From an uncultured Actinomycetota bacterium (GTDB taxonomy: Bacteria; Actinomycetota; Actinomycetes; JAHEKZ01): a DNA stretch of 64,000 nucleotides. Below the pieces are notes generated by a model that did no database searches, had not been told where the DNA came from, and saw only the letters and a list, made by a program, of their open reading frames with translations. The position numbers and the translations under genes were made by a program. The stretch spans positions 1,088,001-1,152,000 of the forward strand of contig CAVQYR010000001.1 of NCBI GenBank assembly GCA_963718235.1, written 5' to 3'. This document shows, piece by piece, positions 19,968 through 32,462 of this stretch; position 1 is the stretch's first letter, and each line of letters begins with the position of its first letter.

Positions 19968-20833
19968 TGCACACCCACCAAGGGTCCACCGACCGGCTGG
20001 CCGTTGCCGGGAATGTAGTAGCAGCGAGGTTTGGTACCCAGCTCCTCCTTGAACCGAACCGCGTTGCCCTCACGAAGGAATGTCGAGAGCTTGACGGTCG
20101 TCTGACCGTTGACAGCAACGTCCGTGACGAGGTCACCGATGAAATGTGCGCCGCGGGGGCACGCTTCAACGCAGGCCGGTAGCTGGTTGCTGTACGGGAT
20201 GAGGTCGGCGCACAGCACGCACTTGCCGACTGTCCCGATCTGGTTGGCAGGGAACTCTGGCGTGTTCGGCGACGGTGCCGGCATCCGGTGCGTCGGTGCC
20301 GGCGCGTTCCAGTTGAAGTAGCGGGCCTCGTAGGGGCAGGCAGCCATACAGGCTCGCGAGCCGATGCACCGATCTTGGTCGACCAGGATGACTCCTTGGT
20401 CGGTATGGAGCGTCGCACTGACCGGGCAGACGTCAAGGCAGGGTGGTTCCTGGCACATCTGGCACATCACCGGCATGAAGAACTCCTGGCCTGCCTCGTC
20501 GTGCCACGACAAGGTTCGCATCCAGGTCTGCTCGGGGGGCAGTCCGTGGCGCTCTTGGCAGGCAGCGACACACTTGCGCTCCCCTTTGCAGGCTCGCAGA
20601 TCGACGACCCGGCACCATTGATGCTCCTGGCCGCTGGCGCCCTCGACGGTCGCAGCCTGGGCTTCGTCCCGGTAGGCGATCAGCCCCAGGGCCCCCCCAG
20701 CGGCGGCCACACCAGCCATGCCCAGCCCTCGAAGCAGGTTGCGCCGGGACATGTCCAGCTCCTCTTCGGCGGGGGTGAGTCCGAGATCCACAGGGGGACC
20801 ATGACGCTTGCCGCTGTCGGACAGACGAGTCAT
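19964..20833 (-). CDS. Tat-exported 4Fe-4S dicluster protein (NrfC/PsrB/DmsB family)
   Basis: SRRNLLRGLG twin-arginine signal; four Cys groups including CQMCQEPPCLDVCP and PACVEACP; EELGTKPRCYY; GGAGG RBS. Confidence 0.9.
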   Translation of the reverse strand: MTRLSDSGKRHGPPVDLGLTPAEEELDMSRRNLLRGLGMAGVAAAGGALGLIAYRDEAQAATVEGASGQEHQWCRVVDLRACKGERKCVAACQERHGLPPEQTWMRTLSWHDEAGQEFFMPVMCQMCQEPPCLDVCPVSATLHTDQGVILVDQDRCIGSRACMAACPYEARYFNWNAPAPTHRMPAPSPNTPEFPANQIGTVGKCVLCADLIPYSNQLPACVEACPRGAHFIGDLVTDVAVNGQTTVKLSTFLREGNAVRFKEELGTKPRCYYIPGNGQPVGGPLVGVQ

Positions 20834-20857
20834 CGTTTCCTCCAGGTTGTCGGATGC

Positions 20858-20994
20858 TCCGGCCGCTCTGCACATGTATCTGGCGACCGCCCCGAGAACC
20901 GGTGTTGGTTCCTGGCACCTCTCAGTGTCATTCGCCGCAGGCTTGTGACACATCGGTGTATCCCGCTCGGGCGATAGGTGTTATCACCTACTCA
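20858..20994 (-). promoter_or_regulatory. Conserved leader, copy 1 (operator palindrome, promoter and hairpin) upstream of the NrfC-like gene
   Basis: TAGGTGTTATCACCTA at 20975-20990; aligns over ~140 bp with 23411-23551. Confidence 0.8.
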
Positions 20995-21099
20995 ACCCAA
21001 TTCAGACGCTGGGCGCGTCAGCGGCGTAGAGTTTGGAGGACCGGGACCTGAGCCCGTCACGGCGGGCGAATGCAGGCAGCGCGCTGAAGAAGGGAGCAC

Positions 21100-21771
21100 A
21101 TGGCTGACGCCGGAGAAGCAGACACCCGCATCCGGGTCCTCGTTGTCGATGACCACCCCCTCTTCCGGGCAGGCATCCGTGAACGGATTGAGGTGGTTGA
21201 CGGCCCCATCGTGGTGGTTGGCGAAGCGGAGGACGGGCTTCGGGCCTACGACCTGGTCGGGCGCTTGCGGCCGGATGTGGTGCTCATCGACATCTCGATG
21301 CCGGGTATGAACGGGATCGAAGCCACCCGAATGATCGATGCCGACTTCCCCGACGTAGGCATCATCATTCTGTCTGTCCATGACGACGATCAGTACGTGC
21401 ACGCGGCCCTGGATGCCGGAGCCAACGGCTACCTCCTCAAGACGATTGAGGCCGCCGAGTTGAGGGGATTCATCGTCGGGGTGGCTCGTGGCGAACCCGC
21501 ATTGTCGCCATCCATCGCCCGCAAGGTGCTGACCCTCTTGTCGGGGACACCCACCGACACGAACAGACTGAGCGACCGTGAGCGGCAAGTCCTACAGCTC
21601 GCAGCGGGTGGCGCGGCAAACAAGACGATTGCCAAAGAACTATCCATGAGCACCAGAACCGTTGAGGCACACATGCGCAACATCTTCGAGAAGTTGGGCG
21701 TGTCCTCACGCACCGAAGCAGTTACCCTGGCCGTTCGCCATCAATGGATTCAGCTCACCGATGTCGACTGA
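21100..21771 (+). CDS. NarL/LuxR-family response regulator
   Basis: [23 protein letters not shown] and [28 protein letters not shown]. Confidence 0.95.
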   Translation: MADAGEADTRIRVLVVDDHPLFRAGIRERIEVVDGPIVVVGEAEDGLRAYDLVGRLRPDVVLIDISMPGMNGIEATRMIDADFPDVGIIILSVHDDDQYVHAALDAGANGYLLKTIEAAELRGFIVGVARGEPALSPSIARKVLTLLSGTPTDTNRLSDRERQVLQLAAGGAANKTIAKELSMSTRTVEAHMRNIFEKLGVSSRTEAVTLAVRHQWIQLTDVD

Positions 21772-23353
21772 GACGGCCACTGCCAAACCGGCCGCCCAAC
21801 CCCTGACGAACGGCGACTCAGGGCCCTTCAGGACCAGAGGTTGGCTGCACCTCGCGAACATCCCACTGCGCGACTACCGGTTCTGGATCGTCCAGATCTT
21901 GATCGTCCTGATCAACCTCGGTCACCTGATCCTGGAAGACGCCGAGGTGCTCGAGGGGGACTGGGCGTTGGACCTGCTGGCCATATCGGTCCTCTTGATC
22001 CCCGTCGTGTACTCCGCCCTCGTCTTCGGCCTCGGAGGGGCGATTCCCACGGCACTGTGGGCGTTCGTGCTCTCACTCCCTGAGATCAGCTCGCATCCTT
22101 GGACGATCAGGATCGGGATCCTGGTCCAGTTCGGGATTGTCAGCGCGATCGGAATTATTGTCGGAATCCGGGTCGATCGAGAGGCGGCGGCAACGCGCGC
22201 TGCCGATCAGGCCAACGTGCGCCTTTCCCGGCTGAACGCGACCGCCGCTGCCGTCGCAGCGTCCCTGGACCTGGAACGCGTTCTGAGGGGAACGCTACGT
22301 GCCACGCTCGACAGCCGAAAGCGGCAAGTCGCCTGGATTCGGACACTCCCCAGAACCCATACGTCGGGGCACACGATCATCGACGCCAGCCGGGTCGAGC
22401 CGCCGTTGCGGCTGGACCCCGTCCAGGAGGGGCTCACCCTCGCTGCCTGCCTCACCGGGCTTGAGCAACGTGACGATCCAGACGGAACGGACGTGCACAC
22501 CGTCGTGGTCGCCCTGAGCTCAGGGGAGCGAACGATCGGGGCCATCGGCATTACGCAGCCGGACGAAGTCATCCTCCGTGACGAGCGCAACGTACTCAAG
22601 GCAGTTGCGAACCAGCTGAGCGTCGCTCTCAACAACATCTTCGACCACACGAGTACACGCGAGGCACTGTCGGAGCTGGCCGAGGCCAAGCAGAACCTGG
22701 AGACGTACATCGAGCTGGCGACCGAAGCCCAGGAGGCCGAACGAAAGCGCCTCTCGCGCGAGCTCCACGACGATGTCCTGCAGTCCCTGGCGGTTGCCAA
22801 GGCCCAGATCGACGCGGTGAGCCCAGACAGCGCCTCTGAAGGGACGCGCGACCGCCTGCTCGGGGTGCAGGCGATTCTGGCCGAGACCATCGGCAGCGTT
22901 CGCCGGTACTGCAAAGATCTGCGCCCGTCTCTGCTGGATGACCTCGGCCTGATCGATGCCATCAGCTGGCTCGTGTCCGAGCTGACGGCTCGAACCGACC
23001 TGTCGGTCGACCTGGCAGTCGCCGGGCCCCGTCTGCGGCTGTCGGAACGCGATGAACTCCTCATCTTCAGGGTGGTGCAAGAGGCGCTCCGTAACGTGGA
23101 ACGCCACGCAGAGGCCACCAACGTGCGGGTCGGACTGGAGTTCAGCCGTGACGAGCTCACGGTTGTGGTCGAAGACAACGGGAAGGGAATGCGTCTGAGC
23201 AGCCAGACCAGGAAGCCCTCCTGGGAGGCCGGTCTCGGACTGCGCGGCATGGACGAGAGAACGAAGCTGCTGAAGGGACTCCTCGTCACCAAGAGCGGTC
23301 CCAGCGCGGGTACCAAGATCGCTCTGACCGTCGCACTTCGCCAAGACGAATGA
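21761..23353 (+). CDS. Membrane sensor histidine kinase (HisKA_3, GAF-like domain)
   Basis: N-terminal TM helices, ERKRLSRELHD, QEALRNVERHA, DNGKG and GLGLRGM. Confidence 0.93.
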   Translation: MSTETATAKPAAQPLTNGDSGPFRTRGWLHLANIPLRDYRFWIVQILIVLINLGHLILEDAEVLEGDWALDLLAISVLLIPVVYSALVFGLGGAIPTALWAFVLSLPEISSHPWTIRIGILVQFGIVSAIGIIVGIRVDREAAATRAADQANVRLSRLNATAAAVAASLDLERVLRGTLRATLDSRKRQVAWIRTLPRTHTSGHTIIDASRVEPPLRLDPVQEGLTLAACLTGLEQRDDPDGTDVHTVVVALSSGERTIGAIGITQPDEVILRDERNVLKAVANQLSVALNNIFDHTSTREALSELAEAKQNLETYIELATEAQEAERKRLSRELHDDVLQSLAVAKAQIDAVSPDSASEGTRDRLLGVQAILAETIGSVRRYCKDLRPSLLDDLGLIDAISWLVSELTARTDLSVDLAVAGPRLRLSERDELLIFRVVQEALRNVERHAEATNVRVGLEFSRDELTVVVEDNGKGMRLSSQTRKPSWEAGLGLRGMDERTKLLKGLLVTKSGPSAGTKIALTVALRQDE

Positions 23354-23410
23354 TGGTGGCGGCCGCCCGCTCGGCGAACCACGTCGCCTGACTCTGCGCG
23401 TGCATGCGGC

Positions 23411-23551
23411 TGAGTAGGTGATATCACCTACCACGTCAGCGGGATACACCGATGTGTCATCACCGTGCGGCGATCGACACTGAGAGGTGCCAGGAGCGCA
23501 ATGACCGGTTCCTGGGCGCTCGCCGGAGACGTGCTTGCAGAGCGTGCGGAG
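23411..23551 (+). promoter_or_regulatory. Conserved leader, copy 2, upstream of the lipoprotein gene
   Basis: Perfect 18-bp palindrome GTAGGTGATATCACCTAC at 23414-23431; homologous to 20858-20994. Confidence 0.8.
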
Positions 23552-23584
23552 TCCGGCTTGCTACCGACCGACTCAAGGAGCGTC

Positions 23585-24007
23585 ATGCGAAACTCAAGAA
23601 TCGTGGCCGGGTTTGTTGCGGCTGCCGCCCTGGTGGCTCTGGTGGGCTGCAGCAGTGACAGCTCGAATACCTCGACGAGCGAGACGGCGAGCGTGTCCAC
23701 AACGGGCACCGCGCCGGAGGACCAGCGAACGACGGACGCAGCGGTCGCCGAAGGCATGAATGCCATCAACGACCTAGCCGCGCAGATTGCCGCGGCCCCA
23801 GCTGCGCAGGGCAAGACACTGTCCGAGGGGATCGAGCCGTTGTGGATGCCGATCGAAGGGACCGTGCAGGAGAACAGCCAGGAGACCTACGACGCCTACG
23901 AAGGCGCCTTCACGCTGTTGGAGTCCGGTGACGTGACGAAGGCCCAGCAAGGTGCGAAGGCAGTCAACGATGCGACCGAGGCCTACCTCGCAGAGTTCCC
24001 CGGATAG
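23585..24007 (+). CDS. Small helical lipoprotein of unknown function
   Basis: AAGGAG RBS, LVGC lipobox, Ser/Thr linker and acidic helical domain. Confidence 0.8.
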   Translation: MRNSRIVAGFVAAAALVALVGCSSDSSNTSTSETASVSTTGTAPEDQRTTDAAVAEGMNAINDLAAQIAAAPAAQGKTLSEGIEPLWMPIEGTVQENSQETYDAYEGAFTLLESGDVTKAQQGAKAVNDATEAYLAEFPG

Positions 24008-24051
24008 TCCGGCGGGGAGTGCACTCCTTGGCTGACTGAAGTTCACGAGAG

Positions 24052-24091
24052 GCTCGGCGTCGTTGCAGTTCACGTTGCAGCGGCGCCGAGC
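24052..24091. terminator. Stem-loop between convergent genes
   Basis: GCTCGGCGTCGTTGCA pairs with TGCAGCGGCGCCGAGC (with G-U pairs). Confidence 0.55.
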
Positions 24092-24136
24092 ACTGTTGGG
24101 CCGGCAGCATTTCCGCCAGCCCACGGTTCGAGGCCC

Positions 24137-25396
24137 TTAGGAACGGTCGTTCGGCGGGTAGGCGAGGTAGCCACGCTGGGTGGCGATGTGGTCGGCCAGG
24201 TAGGCGGCGTCGTGCCAGACGCCCCAGATGAAGCTCGACCCGCGACGTGACAGCCACGGCAGCCCCAGGAAGTAGACGCCGGGCTCGGAGGAGACGCCAC
24301 GTCGGTGCCTCGGCCGGCCGTTCTCGTCGAAGGCGTCCACCTGCAACCAGCCGTAGTCGAGGGAGAAGCCAGTGGCCCAGACGATCGAGGTCACACCGGC
24401 CTGAGTCAGGTACAGCTCGCTCAGGGGATCGGTCACGCAGGCCGGCGTTGGTCCCAGGTCGTGGGCCTCCGGCTCCTCCGGGAGCTCGAGTCCGTTGCGC
24501 TCGACGAACCGGTCGGCCTCCTGGAGCAGGGACAGGTAGTTCTCATCACCTCGGGCGATGTTGTCAGCGAGGTCCGGTGCGAACCGCACCACGCCGGCTT
24601 CGTAGGAGTCCGTTCGGCCGACGAGCACCATGCCACGAGCAGCAAGGTCTCGGAAGTCGACGGTGTGACCACCGTGCGCTCCGCTGACCGCGATCGTGAC
24701 GTGCTCGGCGCCCTTCGGCGGCGTCTCGGCGTCCCACTTGCCCAGCACGCCGAGCCACCAGACGAAGTCGCGCCCGCGGTAGCGGCGCGGCGGGCGATCG
24801 TGCGGGCCCACCGACAGGTAGACGCGGCGCCCGGCGGCGAGCAGCTCGTCGGCGATCTGCACCCCCGACGATCCTGCGCCGACCACGAGCACGCCACCGT
24901 CGGGCAGCTGTCCCGGGTTGCGGTAAGCGGTGGAGTGCAGCTGCACCGGCCCGGCGTCGGCGGGGACCACGTCCGGGACGACCGGACGCTGGAACGGACC
25001 GGTAGCGGCGACCACGAACCGCGCGTCGACCGTCCCCTCCGACGTCTGAACGCGAAAGCCGGACCGTCCCTGGTTCCTCCGGACCGACGTGACCTCCACC
25101 CCGCACCGGATCGGCGCTGCGATCTTCTCGGCGTAGGCGACGAGGTAGTCCGCGACCTGCTCCTTGGTGGCGAAGGCGTCCGGGTCCAGGTCGGAGAACT
25201 CCAGCCCCGGAAAGCGGTCGTGCCAGACAGGTCCGTTAGCGACCAGGGAGTCCCATCGCTCGGAGCGCCAGCGCTCGGCGATGCGGTGCCGTTCGAGGAC
25301 CAGGTGTGAGACCCCGCACCGGCCCAGGTGCTCGCTCATCGCCAGGCCGGCCTGTCCACCTCCGACGACGAGCACCTCCACCGCTTCGGTCGACAT
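24137..25396 (-). CDS. Flavin-containing monooxygenase (candidate imidazoleacetate monooxygenase, HinF-like)
   Basis: VVGGGQAG, ERWDSL, LHSTAYRNP, VVGAGSSG, WATGF and SSFIWGVWHDA. The substrate is inferred from context. Confidence 0.85.
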   Translation of the reverse strand: MSTEAVEVLVVGGGQAGLAMSEHLGRCGVSHLVLERHRIAERWRSERWDSLVANGPVWHDRFPGLEFSDLDPDAFATKEQVADYLVAYAEKIAAPIRCGVEVTSVRRNQGRSGFRVQTSEGTVDARFVVAATGPFQRPVVPDVVPADAGPVQLHSTAYRNPGQLPDGGVLVVGAGSSGVQIADELLAAGRRVYLSVGPHDRPPRRYRGRDFVWWLGVLGKWDAETPPKGAEHVTIAVSGAHGGHTVDFRDLAARGMVLVGRTDSYEAGVVRFAPDLADNIARGDENYLSLLQEADRFVERNGLELPEEPEAHDLGPTPACVTDPLSELYLTQAGVTSIVWATGFSLDYGWLQVDAFDENGRPRHRRGVSSEPGVYFLGLPWLSRRGSSFIWGVWHDAAYLADHIATQRGYLAYPPNDRS

Positions 25397-25454
25397 CGCT
25401 ACCCCGCTCGTCGTGAAGGACCCTGGCCCGGGCTGCGGCTGCACGCCCGTGGGC

Positions 25455-25520
25455 ATCGTCGCGCCGTTGGCTGCTCCTGTCCAACAGATGTTCTAGGCCT
25501 CTTGCATCAATTGCCTCGAT
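25455..25520 (-). promoter_or_regulatory. Candidate LysR-activated promoter of the monooxygenase
   Basis: ATC-N9-GAT, 13 nt, AACATCTGTTGGAC, 18 nt, GACGAT; same layout as 32306-32371. Confidence 0.7.
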
Positions 25521-25597
25521 GCAACGACGCGCCCCCGGCCGGGATCAGGTCTCCAGCCCCGGCACGTGCTCGTTCTCGAACGCGACGTGCTGCCCAC

Positions 25598-26608
25598 TCA
25601 TCGTGGAGTCGCGTCGACCCAGCGCTGGACGCGCTCGACGGTGAACAAGTGGGTGAGGATGTCGTCGAGCCAGAAGACCTTCCGGTCCCGCTCCTCGGTC
25701 GCCAGCGTCTCGTCCAGGGCCTGGACGGCGTAGTGCTCGACGAGGTGCTGCTGGACGGCGAGCACCCCGGCGAACGAGCTCGGCTGCAGCCGGACGGGAG
25801 GGCCGCCGCCCAACTCGTACGCCGCGAGGAAGCCACGAACCTCCCGAAGGGGCACCTCGAACTCCGCAAGCGCACCTGCCAGCTCGCACTCGGCCACCGC
25901 CGGACCGCAGTTCTCCCAGTCCACGACCACGGCGCTACCGTCCGTCCCGAGCAGCACGTTCTGCGGGTTGAAGTCGCGGTGACAGGTCGTGCGTGGACCG
26001 GTGGGTCCCGCGAGCACCAGCTCGTTGGTCGCCGCCAGGTCCGCGACCCGCTGGGCCAGCAGGGCGGCCCACGGGGCCGCCGCGTGGGCAGCCGCCGAGG
26101 CGAGCTCGTCCCAACGTTCAGCGGGCACCGCCTGCGCGAACCAGGGGTCGATCGGCCGGTCGTCGGCGATCGCCAGAGCGTGCAGCCGCCCGAGCAGGTA
26201 CGCCGCCTGGTCGGGAGCAGCGCTGACCGGCCCTGGCAGGAGGTCGACCCAGGTGTGGACCCGCACCTGCCACGCACCAGAACCCGCACGCACGTCGGCG
26301 AGCAGGGCGCCGTCCGGTGTCCGGCGAGGCAGCGGTGTGTGGACGAGCGCGGCGGCTGCCGCACTCGCGAGGCTGGCGTCGACGCGCGCCTCCTCCTCAG
26401 TCCAGGGCTCCAGCAGCTCCTTGACGGCCCAAACGCCGGTGGAGGTCTTCAGGCGCCAGATCCGACCAAGCTCACCGCGCGCCGCGAAGGTCGCCGGTCC
26501 TTCCGGGTGTCCGAGAGCGAAAGCGTCCGCTATGGCGGCGGCGTCCGGCGGCGGAGCGGTGACGGGTACGGGAGGAGGCCCGATCGGGCGCCCGATTGAG
26601 TCGATCAC
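25598..26608 (-). CDS. Aminoglycoside phosphotransferase/kinase-like protein
   Basis: WAVK, CHRDFNPQNVL and VVDWE. Confidence 0.85.
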   Translation of the reverse strand: MIDSIGRPIGPPPVPVTAPPPDAAAIADAFALGHPEGPATFAARGELGRIWRLKTSTGVWAVKELLEPWTEEEARVDASLASAAAAALVHTPLPRRTPDGALLADVRAGSGAWQVRVHTWVDLLPGPVSAAPDQAAYLLGRLHALAIADDRPIDPWFAQAVPAERWDELASAAAHAAAPWAALLAQRVADLAATNELVLAGPTGPRTTCHRDFNPQNVLLGTDGSAVVVDWENCGPAVAECELAGALAEFEVPLREVRGFLAAYELGGGPPVRLQPSSFAGVLAVQQHLVEHYAVQALDETLATEERDRKVFWLDDILTHLFTVERVQRWVDATPR

Positions 26609-26648
26609 CGACTCATCATGGCGGCCCGAGGCGGCCTAGCGTGTGCCC

Positions 26649-27659
26649 ATGACGCAGGATCCGGTCGACGCGCTGCGACGCATCGCGTGCCTGCTCGAGC
26701 GCGAGCAGGCACAGACCTACCGGGTGAGGGCCTTCCGTACCGCAGCGTCGGTGGTGTCAGCACTGCCGCCGGCGGAGCTCGACGCGCGACTGCGGGCGGG
26801 CACCCTGGCCGACCTCAAGGGAGTCGGGCGGGTCACCGCCGAGGTGGTGGCGCAAGCCGCGTCGGGTGAGGTGCCGACGTACCTTGCCGAGCTCGAGGCC
26901 CACCCAGGACCGGACACGGGTTCGGCGCAGCCACTGCTGGATCAGCTGCGCGGCGATCTCCACGTGCACTCCAACTGGAGTGACGGGGGCAGTCCGATCG
27001 AGGAGATGGCCCGCACGGCCGCCGAGCTGGGGCACGCGTACATCGCGCTCACCGACCACTCGGCCCGGCTCACGGTTGCGAACGGTCTGACCCGCGAACG
27101 TCGTCTGCAGCAGCTCGACGTCGTCGCGTCGTTGAATGCCGAGCTGGCTCCCTTCCGGATCCTGACCGGGATCGAGGTGGACATCCTGGACGACGGCAGC
27201 CTCGACTGCGACGACGACGTCCTCGCTCGCCTCGACGTCGTCGTGGCTTCGGTGCACAGCAAGCTACGCATGCCGTCGACGCAGATGACACCGCGCCTGG
27301 TCGCGGCCGTCGCGAACCCGCACACCGACGTGCTCGGGCACTGCACCGGACGCATGGTGGTCGGCAAGGGGCGTCCGGAGTCGGAGTTCGAGGCCGAGCT
27401 GGTCTTCGAGGCCTGCCGGACGTTCGACGTCGCGGTCGAGGTCAACTCCCGCCCCGAACGACTCGACCCCCCGAGGCGGCTGCTGCGCCAGGCCGTCGAG
27501 CGGGGCTGCCGGTTCAGCATCGACACCGACGCGCACGCTCCCGGCCAGCTGGCGTGGCTGCCGTTCGGTGCCGAGCGAGCGGTTGAGTGCGGCGTGACCG
27601 CCGATTCGGTGGTCAACACCTGGGACGTCGACGACCTGCTCGCGTGGACCGCACGCTGA
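26649..27659 (+). CDS. PHP-domain protein with N-terminal PolX-like HhH domain
   Basis: YRVRAFRTAA, LKGVG, DLHVHSNWSDG, TDHS, GHCTGR and DTDAH. Confidence 0.9.
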   Translation: MTQDPVDALRRIACLLEREQAQTYRVRAFRTAASVVSALPPAELDARLRAGTLADLKGVGRVTAEVVAQAASGEVPTYLAELEAHPGPDTGSAQPLLDQLRGDLHVHSNWSDGGSPIEEMARTAAELGHAYIALTDHSARLTVANGLTRERRLQQLDVVASLNAELAPFRILTGIEVDILDDGSLDCDDDVLARLDVVVASVHSKLRMPSTQMTPRLVAAVANPHTDVLGHCTGRMVVGKGRPESEFEAELVFEACRTFDVAVEVNSRPERLDPPRRLLRQAVERGCRFSIDTDAHAPGQLAWLPFGAERAVECGVTADSVVNTWDVDDLLAWTAR

Positions 27660-27707
27660 ACACCGCCGAGCGTGCGTGCTCGCGCGCCGTGCTGCGTGGC
27701 ACTTGCG

Positions 27708-31182
<3,475 letters not shown>

Positions 31183-31285
31183 TGACGCCCTCCCGTCGGA
31201 GAGCCACAGCGTACGGCCATCGTCGCGCCGCTACCGGTCATCTGTAAGGTGCCGGCCCGCGGTGGGCCGACGCGAGGAACCGCCC

Positions 31286-32110
31286 TCAGCGGCGGACGAC
31301 CGCCTCGCAGTCGTGGAAGATGCGGTCAGCAGCATCGGCGTTGGCGTTGTCATGTCCGGTGCCGCACAGGATGAAGTCAGTACCGGCGTCGCCCCACAGC
31401 CGGTCCTCGCCGTCCGATCCGCCGACTCGGTCGTCCCCGTCGCCGCCGTGCATCCGGTCCCGGCCCTGCATGGCGACCAAGTCGTCGTTGCCGGTGCCGC
31501 CCCACACCACGTCGTTGCCGAGCCCTGCTCGGATCCAGTCGGCGCCGTCGTTGCCCCAGACGACGTCACGACCGGAATGGCCGTTGAAGAAGTCCGGCCC
31601 CGCCCCGAAGTGGGCGACGTCGTTGCCCTTGTCGCCCAACACGGTCACAGCGAACGTGGCAGGCAGGGTCGAGGTGTCGGTGAAGTCGTTGCCCAGCCTC
31701 GGCCAGATCTCAAGGAGCAGGGGTCGACGCACACTGATGTCTCCGGGAACCCGGCACACCGCGGCGATCCCTACCTTCACCTTCACCTTCTTGCACGCGG
31801 GCGACAGCCTCTTCCACGACCGGGTACCGGTGTCGACGAGGCGCAGCCCGCGGTCAACCAGGGTGACGACCAGGTGGCTGTTCTGCTGTCCGGTGCGGAA
31901 GCGATACCCGAGGTCGGTCTTGGCGAGCATCCCCTGGTCCTTCAGTGGGATGACCACGAACTGACCCATCAGCTCCGTCGTGTACTGGTACGGCGGGCCG
32001 GCGTGGGACCGAGTGGATGTCTCGCGACCGTCGGCGGTACCGGCCGCTAGCGAGGTCATGGTCGCTGCGACGACAAGCGTCGCAGCCGTGAGCGCGGTTC
32101 GTCGAAGCAC
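31286..32110 (-). CDS. Secreted calcium-binding protein with hemolysin-type (RTX) repeats
   Basis: Signal peptide and tandem GGxGxD-like nonapeptides (GGTGNDDLV, GGDGDDRVG). Confidence 0.85.
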   Translation of the reverse strand: MLRRTALTAATLVVAATMTSLAAGTADGRETSTRSHAGPPYQYTTELMGQFVVIPLKDQGMLAKTDLGYRFRTGQQNSHLVVTLVDRGLRLVDTGTRSWKRLSPACKKVKVKVGIAAVCRVPGDISVRRPLLLEIWPRLGNDFTDTSTLPATFAVTVLGDKGNDVAHFGAGPDFFNGHSGRDVVWGNDGADWIRAGLGNDVVWGGTGNDDLVAMQGRDRMHGGDGDDRVGGSDGEDRLWGDAGTDFILCGTGHDNANADAADRIFHDCEAVVRR

Positions 32111-32305
32111 AGTGACCCCCTCGCGTCGACCGTTTCGCTGCCGGTTGGCAGCGGTGGCCGAGAGTCCGACCCGATCGCCGTCGTAACCTAAAGTAAGCGT
32201 TCGCTCACCGAGCGTCACAGCATACACGAAAGAGCCGGAAAAACGGTAGTGGCGCCTCCGGCGGACGCCTCAGTCCCCGAAACCCGGTCAGCGAGCAGCA
32301 TCAAG

Positions 32306-32371
32306 ATCGATCATTCCGATTTTAATGTCCGATAACATCTGTTGGACTTCTGACCCAGCCGCACCCAGGAT
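32306..32371 (+). promoter_or_regulatory. Candidate LysR-activated promoter of the RidA to dehydrogenase operon
   Basis: ATC-N9-GAT (32306-32320), 13 nt, AACATCTGTTGGAC (32334-32347), 18 nt, CAGGAT. Confidence 0.7.
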
Positions 32372-32462
32372 CGGGCCTGACCGACCGCCCCGCTGACCGA
32401 CGAAGGATGCCTATGACCCGCACCGGCGAGGAGTCCAGCGCGCGCCTTCGTCACGGCCGCCG

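Noticed and set aside
25598-26608. Antibiotic-resistance call for the APH-like gene (and the Eis-like gene at 60694-61929)
   Set aside because: Family motifs alone do not indicate drug specificity
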